From the NCBI RefSeq assembly GCF_009834535.1, contig NC_045696.1:8434001-8498000 (forward strand): a stretch of 64,000 nt of DNA, in the 5' to 3' direction. Below, in pieces: positions 26,642-40,174 of this stretch (its first letter is position 1; each line of letters starts with the position of its first letter). The stretch comes from Camelus ferus. Taxonomy: Eukaryota. Position numbers and translations under genes: made by a program. Below the pieces are notes generated by a model that was given only the letters and a program-made list of their open reading frames with translations, searched no databases and was not told the DNA's origin.

Positions 26642-27674
26642 AAAGAATCTTTGCCTCCTCCAAGGTCATGAAGATGTTTTCTTATGTTTTTTAAAATATT
26701 TTTTCCCCTCTTATATTTAGATTTTAAAAATCATCTGGAATTGATTTTTGTGTTTTATTGAGTTTCAGTGAGAGATTTTCATATACTAAAATAATCTTCC
26801 TTAAGGCCCTGTTTAAAATTCACCTCTTTGTGTCCATTTTTAGTACTTTCTAAAAAGATCAATGCCATCTAGAAACTTTTAGAAAGTTTAAGAGAGCTTT
26901 TTAAATTTACAATCGTATTGAAAACAATGCTTCAAACAATAAATGCTTTATATTTACTCAGCATAGGCTTACTTTCAGTGGAGCCAAATTTAAGGCAGTT
27001 GGTGCAACTTTTAAGTAACATAAAGCACTTTTTTCATCTTGTGCCAAAACTATAATGCCCACAATAATTTATATTTAATTTTTAATACAGTTATCTATCA
27101 TGAGTAATTATGTGGGCTGCTCCCAGTATTCCATTGTCTGTTACGTGGTTTTTCTGAAGACTGTGGTTTCTTTGTGTAGCTACTGGGAATTATTACCTTG
27201 CTGATGAATTTCTCTTCTGAAGAGATATCAACTATGTGTTTCAGTGTCGTATTTTTTCACTTTAACTTACAAAACAGGCGCAGTGTCTGGGGTGCTCCTT
27301 TTATTTCTCGGAGTTTCAGAAACAAAGCCCTCTTTGTGTCTGAAGAAATATTTTAGCAAGACTGTGCTGTTTCGTGATAAATACCTTTAAAATTGGCTGA
27401 AAGAATTGATTAAAATTGCTGGACGTGTTTTGCCATGTCATTTCGGAGCAGCCTGCTTGCTTTGGCCAACAGCGTGCTTGAATAGTTAAGAAAGCCTCTT
27501 GGTATTTGGTGGTCAGACTGGCCATGCCGTTTTGCACCGAAGGAATGCAATCTGGCTTAGAAATTAGACTGGGGACAACTAAGAACTTCTAGAAAGACTG
27601 AAAAATACACCCTACACCAACTGTAAGGTCTGTTATGCGGATTCCTTTTTCTCACTACCAAGAAACAGACCCCT

Positions 27675-27790
27675 GTAGAATGCAAGCTCCCTGAGGGCAG
27701 GTTTTGGTACCATTTCCTCTATCATCTACAGCAAAGCAATGCTTGGCCTGTATAGCTAGCTGCTCAATGATTGTTTCTGAGCTGAAAGTT
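27675..27790 (+). mobile_element. L2 3' end fragment
   Basis: TAGAATGCAAGCTCCCTGAGGGCAGG...GCTCAATGATTGTT. Confidence 0.65.
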
Positions 27791-29068
27791 GGAACGAATC
27801 AATCCTTATGCCTTAAAGCGTGGGATGCAGGTGTGTGTGGGGTTAGAGGGCTGGCCAGTGGCTTCCATCTTTGCCCTCTCTCACCTCTGATCCATCCTGA
27901 GGGCCATCTGTAGGGAAAGCTCAGACGCGGTCACACTGGATGCTCCCTGGCCCTGCCTCTTTGAGCTTGGAGACTGCAGAGGACATAGATTGCTTTCCCC
28001 CACCCCTACCTCCACCCGCCACCCCCAAGGATGAGGAAGAACTGAAGATGAGGCCCCAAATTGCAAACTTGCAAAAGCAGGGAAGTTATGGTGTTCCTGC
28101 TAGTAAGAAGGTGATTTGGGAAAGATGAATGTAAGACAAAGGGATGAGTACCTTTGTAGATATGTGGAGGGACTTCGACACCATAAAATTTAGCAAGAAG
28201 GGCTCAGTTAATGCAGCTGACCAATGATTTAATCAGAACACAAATTACAACTGGCTTGCAAGTTACAAATGATTAAGATTTAGCCTACATTTAAAACAAT
28301 GTGAGTGAATTTAGGATTTGCTTATGATTATATAAGGTCCTTATGAAATCTCTAACAGGAAATACTCATTAATGGAACCGGAGTTAGAAGGAGAGGCATC
28401 AAGCATAAATTTGAGGACCATTCAGAGCCAGGTGCTGTCTGGAAGCCCCAGAGCGGATGAGCTGACCGGGCTCATTTTCCTGTTAGTGGGGCGTGGGAGT
28501 AGAGGGAGGGAGGAAACCAGATGGCGTGCCCTCTCTCCTCTGATTTCCAGAACCTGGATGCACGTGCGCATTTTTACTGATTTTAGATTAGCTCAAACCA
28601 TTGTAGTTCAGTTATTTAATTGGGGGAAATGGCCTAAAGCACTCTACTGTCTTTTCAAGTTTTTAATGCACTGCTCCTACCTGGGGTAATGCATTTCTTA
28701 CGTCCTGTTCAGGTATATGGTTCCAACTCTGAGTTTGCTGGATGAGTCTCTTCCCAAGTTCTTCGAGGAGAACAACTCATTTTCTTTTCAGCTACCCGTG
28801 GTGCCTGAGGTAAAGGAGTCTTGGCTGAGCCTCTTAAAATTGTGTGTATCCCTTTAACCATGCCACCAAGTGAAAAGTAGATATGTGGGGCCTAGAAACT
28901 TCTAGAAGAGCATCTGATCTTGTCTCTCCACTTCTCTAGGGTAATAGTCAAGACTACATTTATTGCAGTGACAATTTGTATGGATGTATGCTACTTTCTC
29001 CATTGTGTTTTGTGGTCACTGATAGGCTATTTGACTTTGGGAAAATTATAGCTAGTTTGAGATAGATG

Positions 29069-29150
29069 AATATATATATATATATATATTTATAAATATA
29101 TAAAATATTAAAGCATGTATATTATATATAATATTAAAGCATTGTATAAG
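29069..29150. repeat. (TA)n / AT-rich low-complexity tract
   Basis: Directly visible, including a short duplication of ATATTAAAGCAT. Confidence 0.85.
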
Positions 29151-29404
29151 CTACTTAAGAAAGCTATAGAGAAATTTACATCCAAGAAACAGCACATTTT
29201 AGTATTTATCTATCCCTGGACACTACAAAAACTAAGGCAACTTCCCTCTGATATTATATAGTACAAAACCCCAGCTTATATAGTTTATGAACAAGAAAAC
29301 GTCTCAGTTAGATATGCAACAGTATTTTACCCCTAAGGCATGCTGTAGGATTATTCTGAAGTTTCATGTAGATAGTAGTAATGGTAATGATACTATTGCT
29401 AAAG

Positions 29405-29620
29405 AAGCCATCATAAATAGACTATCGAGTGTCAGGCACTTGGCTGCTTTATATATATTATTTCATTTAATCTATAGATAACCTTGTGAAATAATCATCA
29501 TGCTTTACAGGTGGGGAAATTGAGGCTCAGAAAAATGAAGCCACTTGCTGAACCACACTAGGCAAGTGGCAGAACCATGAGGCTGAGCATGTCTGTCTGA
29601 CTTCAAAGACCTTGTGTTCC
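29405..29620 (-). mobile_element. MIR SINE
   Basis: TTTCATTTAATC...TTTACAGGTGGGGAAATTGAGGCTCAGA...GGCAAGTGGCAGAA. Confidence 0.8.
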
Positions 29621-32600
29621 ATGATTAAGCTGGACCTTTGGGTGCAGGAGAAAGCTGACTTTTGGATATGTACGAGAGTACTATTAGTTAGAAGAAGAAA
29701 AGTTGTATTGCAAAACCCTTGAAGAAAAATCATGGTACCTTTAAAAAGATCTTTGTTAAGCCTTGAGTACTGGGGAGTGGCAGAAAACCTGTGAATTACT
29801 CATGGGAAGAAGTCATTTTACATACAGCAAAAAATGCATTAAGCAATTCTTATATGCCATTTATTGAGCTAGGTACTCAGCACTGAATAGATGGTGGGCT
29901 TGCTTTTTTGATCTTAGAGCCTAGAGATCGAGTATTTCTCTTTACTTTCTTCTTCCCTAAAAAGTCGAAAGAGAAATAGAGAAATTGAAACGCGATGTCT
30001 GCTGACTATCCAGCTCTATAACCAATTGGTTTAATGAAAAGAATGGAAAATTTTCATCTAAGACAGGAAATACATAGGGAATGAGCAGATAGGCATCTTT
30101 GAAGAAATGTTCCTTTTCTTCTGTTAATATTGGAATATCATACAGTTATTTTCCTAAAATGTTGAAATCTGTATGGAATATTTTTAGAAGCCATCCAGTG
30201 TAAATGTCTTTTTTTCCCATCCTTCTTGGCCTGCAAATTGGATCCGTTTCTTAGGAATGTCAAGAAAGAGTGAGGAAAGAGAGGAATGAGCACAAAGTCC
30301 AATCAGCCTTTTTCTGTTATAGTCAAATCTGTTCAATAGTGCTGTGCGTTCCTCGTCGTGGGCCGCTGGGGGAAATTAGAGCTGACAGCTGGAAACTGTT
30401 CAGATAGATTTTCTATTTTTTCTTTTAAATAAGCTGTATTAAGTCACACCAAAAAGAGCTGACTTATTTAAATCCTGGCTATTATAATATATTAAGCACG
30501 GTAAAAATCTGCCTGATTGTCACAACTCTAGGTCACCTGGCATGGATGCTCCGTGGACCTATTAGAACTGGCCACCGTCTGCAGGCACACTAGGAGGTCC
30601 CTATGCTTGTCTTGCATGTTGTAGTGGAAAGTCTTCTTGGCTTTGAGTTCCAGCCTTCTCATCACCAATGTATTAGCAGCCATAGCAACAAGAGTAATGT
30701 GGGGCTGCGCCTTGGTTTCCACTGCTACTGCCTCAGGTTCTGGTGAACACTAAACAGTGGCCAAGAAGAAGGTAACAACTGGCAAGAAAAGCCAGCTAAG
30801 AAGAATATCAGCCTCAAGACAGTTAAATGCAGGGATTCACCTATAATACAGTAGCCTATAGATTGGTGTTTCTTATATACACACGCTTAAAAGACCAGAG
30901 TTGGAATCCTTCAGAAGTCTCTGGAGACAGGGTGGTTTTGCCCACAGCCAGATGCCTATTTGGAATTGTCCTCGGGTATCCCCAGCATTCATGTCCAGGG
31001 GTGTCAACGCCAGTGATGTGATGGGGGCATGTGGTGTCACCATTTGAAAATCAGTGTCTGTGGGCTACAACAGTACACTTAAAATTTTTCCACTGGTGTT
31101 TTTTTCATAAAAGGCATTTAAAAAATATCAAGTTTATTTTTAAAGACAATTTGTATTTATTTTTTTGGTCCTTATTTTTGCCTGTTTTTCTAAGAGTGTT
31201 TCCATTTCTTTATCTCTTGTCACAATTTGCATGATGTGCTAACCAAGAAGGAAAAAATGACGAGTAGAAAGAGTCAGCATTTAGCAAATTATCAAATGAA
31301 TGGATCATTACTCCCTAAGAACCAGGCCTCCTGTAATTTTCTGACCGCATGTAATTTTCTTATAGAAGCCACTTACTCTTGGGAGCAAGTGAAGCAACTG
31401 GGAATTTTGAGAATGATGAGTGTTGCCATGTGTTTAAGCCTGTGCTTTGGAATAAAACCTTTTACTTTGCTTTGTGAATCTGAATCTATACTGAAATGTC
31501 CTTAGGGGATGTAATTCTGACTAGATGATATTCAAGTTCAGTTTTGCAAAAGTTAGGTTACATATGGCCTCCTCAGAATGTGAATGTAACTTCTAAAGTT
31601 TCTCTCTGGTTCTCAGAAATGAGAGCTGAAGTTATTTTTAGAGATTACAGCTGAATGGAGACAGTGATCTATTGGTCTGATGCCTCTTTTTATGACATTA
31701 CCCCTGAAACGTTGCATATTTTCATGCTTAGAAATACCCTCTAACTCTGTAAGATGCTCTGAGGATTGTTTTGTACCTAGTCTTTGCTTCATAAATCACA
31801 TAATGGCCATTATCCAAGAGCAGTAAGATCTGACCTGATGTCTGATCTGTGGGATGGATATCACATGGTTCATTTTAGGCTCATGAAAGGCTGGAGGGTC
31901 AGCATTCTGGGCACGAGGCCACAGCAGTTCTCACTCTGCAGGAAAGATAGCCTGAGTGTAGGAATTACACCAGAGCTGCCTGTCCCTTCATGTTTTAGAG
32001 TTTCTTCAGCAGCCAGATGATAAACCAAAGTGCACTTTCCATGTGAAAGCTGAGATGATTATTCACTTAGAAATTCAGTTCATCAAGCACAGGGTCACAG
32101 CACTGCCCAATTCCAGGGGCGCTATTCATAGAGAAAGAGCACCGTGGTTGGACTGATCAAACGGTGCCATCTTTAACCACAAATGAGGAAATGGTGCTGT
32201 TTAAAATTCATCCTGAAGCCTGTGACTTTTAACATAAAGCAGAGGACATGGATGAGCAGCTTGTGCCTGCAGCCTGTTATGCCAAAGATATTAGAAAAAT
32301 TGACAGCGTGTTATTTTCCAATCAAAGTTAATGTCCAAGGCCAAGGCTAGAGGGGTATGAGTGAAAGTGAATTCAAGCATCTTGATTAAAGGAACTTGGA
32401 AAATCAGGAACACCAGGCTGTCAGTACACGGAGGGTGAGGGGGTGGAGGATGTTTTGAAGAAATGACAATTGATTTTATATTTTTTCATTTCTCTCTATC
32501 CTCTCCTAGTTTTTTCCCTTCGCTCTCCTTCCTGTGTCTCTCAGGTGATAAAACTGTAAGTTGCCAACATTACCTATTTCCTCTCTTCTCAGTTGTTGTA

Positions 32601-32649
32601 GACTTTTCAGCAGGGTACCTGGGCTTTTTCCCAGCCCCACACACTTCTC

Positions 32650-32980
32650 AGTCTCCTTGGTCATTGAGGGAAGTGACATGGATACATCCTGGAATAGAAA
32701 CAGATGCTGTAAATGTACCTTCTGGCTTGTGCCTTTAAGGGGAAGCACCCTCTGCCTTTCCTTCTCGCTTTGTTGCAATAAGGATGCAGTAATGATCCAT
32801 CGGAGACCATGCAGATGAGAGAAAGACTCTATGAACGACAGGGCAACAAAGCAGAAGAATCCTGGGTTCCTGAGCCCTCGATGCCCCCACGGGAGCCCTG
32901 GACTGTATGGTTGGACTGTTACGTGAAACAGTCTTGGGTTTCCTTGTCACAGCAGCTGTCCCTCTGCCCTAACTAATATA
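32650..32980 (+). mobile_element. Old MaLR LTR fragment (MLT1J/K-like)
   Basis: GAAGAATCCTGGGTTCCTGA...GCCCTGGACTG, ending GTCACAGCAGCTG...CCTAACTAATATA. Confidence 0.55.
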
Positions 32981-33379
32981 TTGCTCTCTTCCCACTTGAC
33001 CATCCTCACTCTCCTCATCCCACTACGCCCCCATCCTTTTCTTCCACATTCTGTGGGACTGTCCGAAGTGGAGACCAATGCCTCTCAAATTTTAATTTGA
33101 GTAAATATGGATAGAGTGGACTTCTAAAAACTGCAGACACCCAGGCCCTACCCCTCGAGGTTCTGGTTTATGAAGAATTCACATCTTAGGATTGTGAACT
33201 TTCTTCTATTTTCAGAATAGTTTGCCTCTTCCTGTCTTTTGGTGGCAAGAGAAGGTATCTGAGTATTTGTGCCTATTTTTGAGACATTCTGAAGCAAATG
33301 TAGCTTATCAATTAAATTATATTCTCAGTTTGACTGTATAAGGAAAATTGGAGCTTTTAGCTCATTCACCTCTAGGTTA

Positions 33380-33559
33380 CAGGGTTTCTCAGGGAAGTTC
33401 ACACAGCTTCTTGTTTGAAAACCACTTAGGTGTGTTTTTCAAATGCAGTGCCGAATATCCCAGTATAGACTCCTGAATCAGAATTTCTGGGTGAGGCCAA
33501 GTCTCTGCACTGTAGCCCCCAGGTGACCCTTCTGTTCACCGTAGGCTAAGCACCACTGC
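33380..33559. mobile_element. MER5-family DNA transposon
   Basis: CAGGGTTTCTCA...AAATGCAG...CTGAATCAGAATTTCTGGG...CCCCAGGTGA...GCACCACTG. Confidence 0.65.
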
Positions 33560-33769
33560 CCAGTGGAGTGGGTCCAGGGAATAGCGTGGGCTCCATGCTG
33601 AGGCGACAGCACTGTGTTCATGGAACCAAGAAAGGCATTGACCACACCACTCAATGTGAGGACAAGAGTCATAAATTCTCTTCACTGCAACAGTGGTTCC
33701 TGGAACTGAAGAGTGGAAGACGGAACACTGTATGGAAGCTGTGTGGACTTTAGTCTTCGCCTTGCAACT

Positions 33770-33930
33770 ATAGCAACTATATTTCAGTCTACGCTAGTCA
33801 TTATTTGTACATGTCTCTATGGCCACCCGGACTCTCAGCTCCTGGAGAGCAGGAACTGCTCTACATTGTTTGCAGCCATATCCTCATCATGGAGCTTGGT
33901 CCACAACAAATGCTCAATATGGCCTTATTT
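33770..33930 (+). mobile_element. L2 3' fragment
   Basis: GACTCTCAGCTCCTGGAGAGCAGGAACT...AAATGCTCAATA. Confidence 0.55.
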
Positions 33931-35234
33931 ACTGCTAGACAGGAAAGCATCTAGTTAGCTTGAGGCAAGAATCGTCTGTGATCCAGCACACACACTTGTC
34001 CCCATCCACTCACAAGCACATGCCCCTCACATGTATCTTGCGATATTACAAGACTAGTTTCAAAGGACCACGATGACAGTCCTTTTCTGTGCCTATATAT
34101 GTCAGTGATTCCAGTGGGTGTCATGCTGAGCCTTACTCTGCTCAGAGCCAAGAGAAAAACCAACATTACATGAGTTCCAGTGGTCCCAGTTCTTACTTCT
34201 AAATGGAGCAGTTTGGGAGTGTATCTGTCTTGTTTCAAGTATGACCCCGGAAAGGGGTGAGTTTACTGTGACCCAGGCTTGCTTCGTCTGAGAAGCTGTT
34301 TCTGAAGCTCACGTCCCACCAGATGTGAGCTCTCCTGTTCTTGGTTCCCCCAACATGTTGTATCTTTCTCAGGTGTTTGCCAGTCAACCATATTTTTGTT
34401 TGTCTTATTTACCTTATTAAATTATGAGTTCTTTGAGGGCAAAACCTTCCCCAAGGTTACATAACCATAGCAAGGTCTTAAACTCTGGTCCTATGGCTCC
34501 AAGTCCCTCTTTGCATCAGATCATAACCTGACACAATGCCAAACTATTGCTCATTATTATTATCCCAAGGGGAATGGTTTTCAGGCAGATTTTGAATGGA
34601 TAGATAGTTGGTATCAATCTCCTGAGAGTGGAAAATGGGATAGAACATTTTTATTTGGAAAGGGGAAAAGAAGGATCTGAAGAGCAGGGCTTGGTTAGTG
34701 AAGATGGGCTTGGGGAGAGGCCACCATGTGAGAGGAGGACCACTGGCAGCAAAGGCCAAGTGCAGACAAGGAATATCTTGATGGGGAATTATTGCTGCGC
34801 AGTGTGGGCAATGAGGAGACATGGGGAACTCAGGCTGGGGGAAGAGAAGGAAAACTCTATTATTTCAATGTTTTAATGTTCTTGATGCAAAGAGGACATG
34901 AGGGCTGATTAAAGGCTATACGTGAACTAGTGTCTTTTTCTAAGACTGGACTTGGAAGGCAGAATTATAAGATGCTCCACTGTAAATAGGCCAACTGCTG
35001 TAAACCAGTGCTTTGCTGTACTCATATTCCTAGCTGAGACCTTGATCATATGTGTTGACCACTGCCTAACTTTTAATTGAAAATATGACTAGTTAGAGAA
35101 GTGATGACCACTTGAAAAGTTTTCTGAGGGCTGTCCGTTCGTGTCTTGATGGTAGGATGAAATGCAAAGCAAATGTAATATTTTAAGATTAACCTTAATT
35201 TAGTTGTTAATTTTAAAGTTTAAGATTACATTTT

Positions 35235-35329
35235 ATTTTATTATTTATTTGCTGGATGTACTGGGGATTGAACCCAGAACCTTGTGTATGCTAAGCATGC
35301 ACTCTGCTACTGAACTATACCCACCTCCC
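35235..35329 (-). mobile_element. tRNA-Ala-derived camelid SINE, short form
   Basis: GTACTGGGGATTGAACCCAG...TGCTAAGCATGCACTCTGCTACTGAACTATACCC. TSD TAAGATTACATTTT (35221-35234) / TAATACTACATTTT (35330-35343). Confidence 0.9.
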
Positions 35330-35609
35330 TAATACTACATTTTAATACTGTATTATCTTAATAGTCTATACTACCATTAACTTTATCAAAATGGATGTAA
35401 AATTCAACATTTAGAGAGAAAGAGCAAACACAGTTAAACATAAAATTCTCCATAGTTGAATGAATTGGAATGTGTGCCAACTTGGTTGATAAATTAGGCT
35501 TTAACTGGATGAGAGAACTAAGTTTCTCTGGTTGAGGTTTACTCTGTGGCATATGTGATTCTGTGGACTGGATAAAGCATTATTTAATGTGGAGATGCCT
35601 GAATATTAT

Positions 35610-35770
35610 TGTGCTTAAGAATTACCTGGAGAGCTTCTTAAAATGCAGATACCTAGGCCCCACCCCCAGATAATCTGGGGTCTGGGCTAGAGCCTAGAAT
35701 CTGCGTTTTAAACAAACTCCCGAGTGATGCAGGTGCTTCTCTGTGGAACCCCCTTTGAGTAGCAAGGCTC
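35610..35770. mobile_element. MER5-family DNA transposon fragment
   Basis: GAATTACCTGGAGAGCTTCTTAAAATGCAGATACCTAGGCCCCACCCCCAGA...GAATCTGCGTTTTAAACAAACTCCC. Confidence 0.7.
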
Positions 35771-36236
35771 TGACAGAATTGGAAAATGCAGTTTCAAAGA
35801 AATAGAAGCTGGATGCATGTTTCTTAGTCAAACTTATCACCACTAAACCAACCAGTATGATGATCATTAAATTAATTCTACTTTTAATATTATTTTTCCT
35901 AACAAAGAGAAGAAAGAGCATGAATTCGTATCAAATTTCTTTACAGGACAACTTGGCATCGACTCTGACTTCTTAAAATTATAATTTTATTGATTCTCCA
36001 TTTTATTAAATAAATGTTCCTTGAGTTTGCTTGAGCTGGGGGGAAATGAATTTTCAGTGCAATTTTACTGCCTGCCTATTGCCTGCTTATTGAAGTGCAG
36101 AAGAAATATTTAAACCAAATAGACAAAAAAAAAATCCTCAAAAAAAAAAAAAATAGAATGGACAGAAGTAATACTATCACATTAAGACATGCAAACAAAA
36201 GGCAAAGTATATTTGGTTAGCATTTGACAATGTTAT

Positions 36237-36764
36237 TGTGATGGTTAATTTTATGTGTCAGTTTAACTGGGTCAAATTGGTCAAACATGATTCTGGGTGT
36301 TTTTCTGAGAATGCTTTTGTATGAGATTAACACAAATCAGTAGACTGAGTAAAGCAGATTACCCTCCCTAATGTGGGTGGGATTCATCTCATTAGGTGAA
36401 GACCTCAATAGAACAAAAACGCTGACTCTCCCCTGAGTAAGAGGGAACTCCTCCTGCTCGATCGCCTTTGAGCTTGGACATTGGCTTTTGCCTGCCTTTG
36501 CACTTGTCTTGGGTCTCAAGTCTTCAGGATAGACCCACACCATCTGCTCCCCTGGTTCTCTGACCTTCACACTTGGACTGGAACTGCACACCATTGGCTC
36601 TCCTGGGTCTCCAGGTTGCTGATTCACCTTGAAGATCTTGGGACTTGCTCCTCTCCACAATCGCACAAGTCAATCCCTTATAATTAATAAATCCATCTCT
36701 CTTTGTCGCTGTCTGTCTGTCTCTTGTATTGGTTCTGTTTCTCTGGAGAGCCCTGACTTATTCA
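36237..36764 (+). mobile_element. MLT2 (ERVL) solo LTR, near full length
   Basis: TGTGATGGTTAATTTTATGTGTCA...GAGTAAAGCAGATTACCCTCCCTAATGTGGGTGGG...AATAAA...GGTTCTGTTTCTCTGGAGAGCCCTGACTTATTCA. TG...CA ends, 5-bp TSD GTTAT/GTTAC. Confidence 0.92.
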
Positions 36765-39700
36765 GTTACATTATAGCTTTTTCTCTCCCTTGTTTGGTCT
36801 TTTTTTTTTTTTTAATGGATAACATAGATTTTAATGGATTAACAATTTTGGTTGGGGTGACCTTGGAGAATAAAATAAACTTTGAGTGATTAAAATTTAC
36901 ACCAACCAGTCAAAATGGTCTTTCCTGTTTTAAAAAATATACTGTAATTTCCCATGGTGTTTGGAAAGGTAGGGTGTTTGAGGCCCTATTTACATAATGT
37001 TTTGTGCCTCAGCCACTTTTTATCTATCAGATCGCACACAGAGGACAGGAACGAGCTACAACTCTCACATACTGTAGTTAGCACAGCCCAGTACAAATTG
37101 GAGCCCGGGGTGTGCCTTGGAACATCATACAAGCTATACCGTCATCTCCCTTGAGAACATGTCAACTCCGGGCATCAAATCATAGGTCTTTCATCAAGGA
37201 ATCAGCAGGATGGGGAGGGATGGAGACCTGGCAGTCTGTGGGCCTGCCCCTGAGCTTTCATACCTTCACAGTTACAGCATGGGCACTCTGTTCATTGTGG
37301 TGTCTTGTGACTCAAGAGTCATTGTCGGAGAACCCTGCATCAGGGCAAAGATGGGCAGTTTCCATAGCCCACTCCAGCCTTGGAGAACCATCACTCTCCA
37401 CTTTTATAGTAATAGTGCCCTTGAGTGATTCTTACGTTAGTTTTCTTGAAAAGAGAATTGGCTTAAAAAAATTACCAGCTTGGACTATAAACATGTGCAC
37501 CTATATTTACACAGAATCTTGTATGAAGCACAGATGGAAAAAAAATATTTCTCCTTTTAAAAAAATACTGACTTCATTAGTAAAATGGAGATGTTTTCTT
37601 AGTTGCAAGAAAAAAAATCCTTTCAGCTGAGAATGGAAAAGAATTTACTAAGTTTGAAAAACTAAAAATAATTTTTGGCTGGTCTTATTCCTGTCCTCTG
37701 TATTTAAAGGAATTTCTCCTGATACTATTATTACAGGAAATTCCAAAAGCGTGAACATTTTCTGGCATTTTTATAAAAACAAGTGTTTATGTTTTGTTTA
37801 ATTTAGACATGGAAGAAAACAGTTTTGCTCTGTGTGCACTAAAGTGTCTAGTGGATGCCATGACAATGTGATTTTGTGTAAAATTTAGATAGTGAAAGCA
37901 TTTAAGAATTCATAGGAGAGTAATAGAGTAACACACTTAAAATAAAATGTCTCTTAAGCTCTGTTGAAGTCCATGACAAACAATGGTTCTTAACACAAAT
38001 GCAGTGTCCACTTACTGTCAAGTTGATTGTTGTAGGGGATGGATGTTGGTATCTTTCTTCAGGATCAGCTTTTAGGTCATTGGGAAAATGCTTAGTGGTT
38101 CATAATTATCAACAGATCTGATTCCTGTGAGATTTCCAGGTATTTGCTGGCAGCTAAGTAAGTAAAGGGATTGAAGGGTGATGAAATATTCAGATGTCTT
38201 AAAAAACATACAGGCCAAAGTTTGGTTAATAGCATCTCTCTTGCTCCTGGTCTCAGCCTCTCTTTCATCTTGCCTATCAATTCTGGAGCTTGGGAACAGC
38301 CTCGTACGTATGGAAGACAAAGATGAAGATATGGAAAATCCTGACCTCCAGTTTAGAGTGTCCTTGGACCACAACTCTGAATTTCCAAATTCACTGTGCC
38401 CTTCCAAGATCCTATAAAAATTCCACCTTGTTTTATAGCTAATGTTTTTACTGCAGTGTAAGGGGTTTCTGGAAAGGAGAGCTATGCAGTGAAGAAAACC
38501 CTTTGCATGCCCATGAGTTTAGTTCTTATGAGTTTTATACAATCATCGCTAAGGGTCATATCAATAACTCACTGAAGAAAGCTGAAAGAAGCTCTATTCA
38601 TGGTATAAGGCCGTGACATTTGCCTGAATATGTTCCTTAACTCAGTTTTTAACAGTCAACTGAACACGTGCATTCATTAGAGCCTCTGATGCCACAGGTA
38701 ACTGTATAAAAATCTTAGCCAACGATTTTGACTTCAATGCACGTTGGACCATGCCTTTGTACTGTCAGGCTGCATTAATGTTTTTGCATCAAACAAAATC
38801 ATTATTGAGAAATTTGGTATTGCTTTGCTCAAGTGGGTATCTACTGAATATCCCCAATCCAATTCTTCCCTCTAATATGGTAATCTGTTATCTGTATTCA
38901 ATTATCTGGAAGGTGAAAGTTGCTGGGCTGCCCAATGGAAAATTTTAAGTCCTTTCACTCTGAGTCTGCTGTCTTTTCAGATCAATCTTTCTGCTAATGA
39001 CAACCAATACTTTCATATGTGATTACAGGCCTGCTCCATCTTTTCATGAGCCGAGACTCTTTGGAATCATATGTATTGATCTTTTTAATAGAAGTCAGGA
39101 AAAATAAAATTACTCCAGCTTCTTGCAGCAAAACGATGATAAATGAGAACTTAGAAACTTATGGGAGAAATTTTTTCTGCCTTGGATTATTTTAATCACT
39201 AAAAATGATTGTCTTTTTAATAATACTTGCTTTCCATTATGCACATTTGCAGCAAAGCCAAAAATTGTTTCTGTATTGCTTTATGAAACCACATTGAGGC
39301 AGGGGCCTGTCAGGGTTCCGGTACCTGCTGGTGACTCAGGTACAGTGGCCCCTAGCAGGAGGCAAAAAGCCAAGCTCTAGAGACTTGACAGCAATCTTAA
39401 GTTGAATTTCACTAGAGCGCTTTTGATGAAAGAGAACTGGCTGAACTGTTTTTTTTTTTTTAAACATTTGTTTAAAAGCTCCTTGTTAATACTGTTGTCT
39501 TAGAATCAAGCTTGCATTCCTTTTATCACCCCTCTTTTTGATTTCTCCTTGGTCAAGTGCGTTTTCTTCTTTTGTTTAAGAGAACTTAACTCCTTGCCTG
39601 TGGTTTTGGTTTCTTCCTCTGTGGGTCTGATAACTGCTGGTGGTACCATTGGTGGTAACTGGGAATCAAGGATGTATGATCATTGTTATATCACCTTTCC

Positions 39701-40174
39701 TCTGAAACCTAAAACTGTGGGACTCATTTTGGGTCTCATTTTGAAAAATGAGCTTTATATTTTGTATTTGAATCAAGTTTGCCATTTCCAGATGAAGACA
39801 TGATAGTTTCCTTGGCTTCAAGGCAACATGAGGCCAACATAGAAGATCAAAGAAAGTCATTGCCGTTGCGCATAGAGATCAGATCTCTGTTGATATGAAG
39901 AAATGGGTGAGGACCAAAACACTGCAGGTGTCAGGCCAAAGGATCGCCTTGGTTTGCTTTGTTTGGCCCTTGGAGACCTATTTGGAATAAGGAAAACTTG
40001 TCCCGTTGGGATGCCATGTAAATAGCCTCCATGGTTCAATGGCATTGTTTCACATGATGCAGAGATGAATCTCTCTCCCCTTTTTTCCTCTCTCTGTATC
40101 TCTCTGTCTCCCTCCTACCCAAACATGACAAAAAGAAAGATCTCATTCAGGAAACAGATTGTGTTCACTAAGCT

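Larger units (their letters stand above)
25388..26760 (-). mobile_element. Ancient L1MC/L1ME 3' portion, interrupted by a MER5A and a (TG)n
   Basis: TTTTTATTGAAGTA...AGATCAAGAAATAGAAC...AAATGGAATCATACAG...GAGCATTCTTGTACATG...CCAAGGTCATGAAGAT. Confidence 0.8.

Noticed and set aside
28894..28908. Perfect three-unit heat-shock element GAAnnTTCnnGAA
   Set aside because: Only 9 specified bases, so roughly one chance match is plausible in 64 kb, and there is no promoter context
32090..32132. Possible MER91-like fragment (GCACTGCCCAATTCCAGGGGCGCTATTCA)
   Set aside because: Too short to call by eye
38178..38417. ORF resembling a signal peptide plus acidic tail
   Set aside because: No promoter or splice context and no recognisable family. 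The hydrophobic stretch derives from CT-rich sequence.
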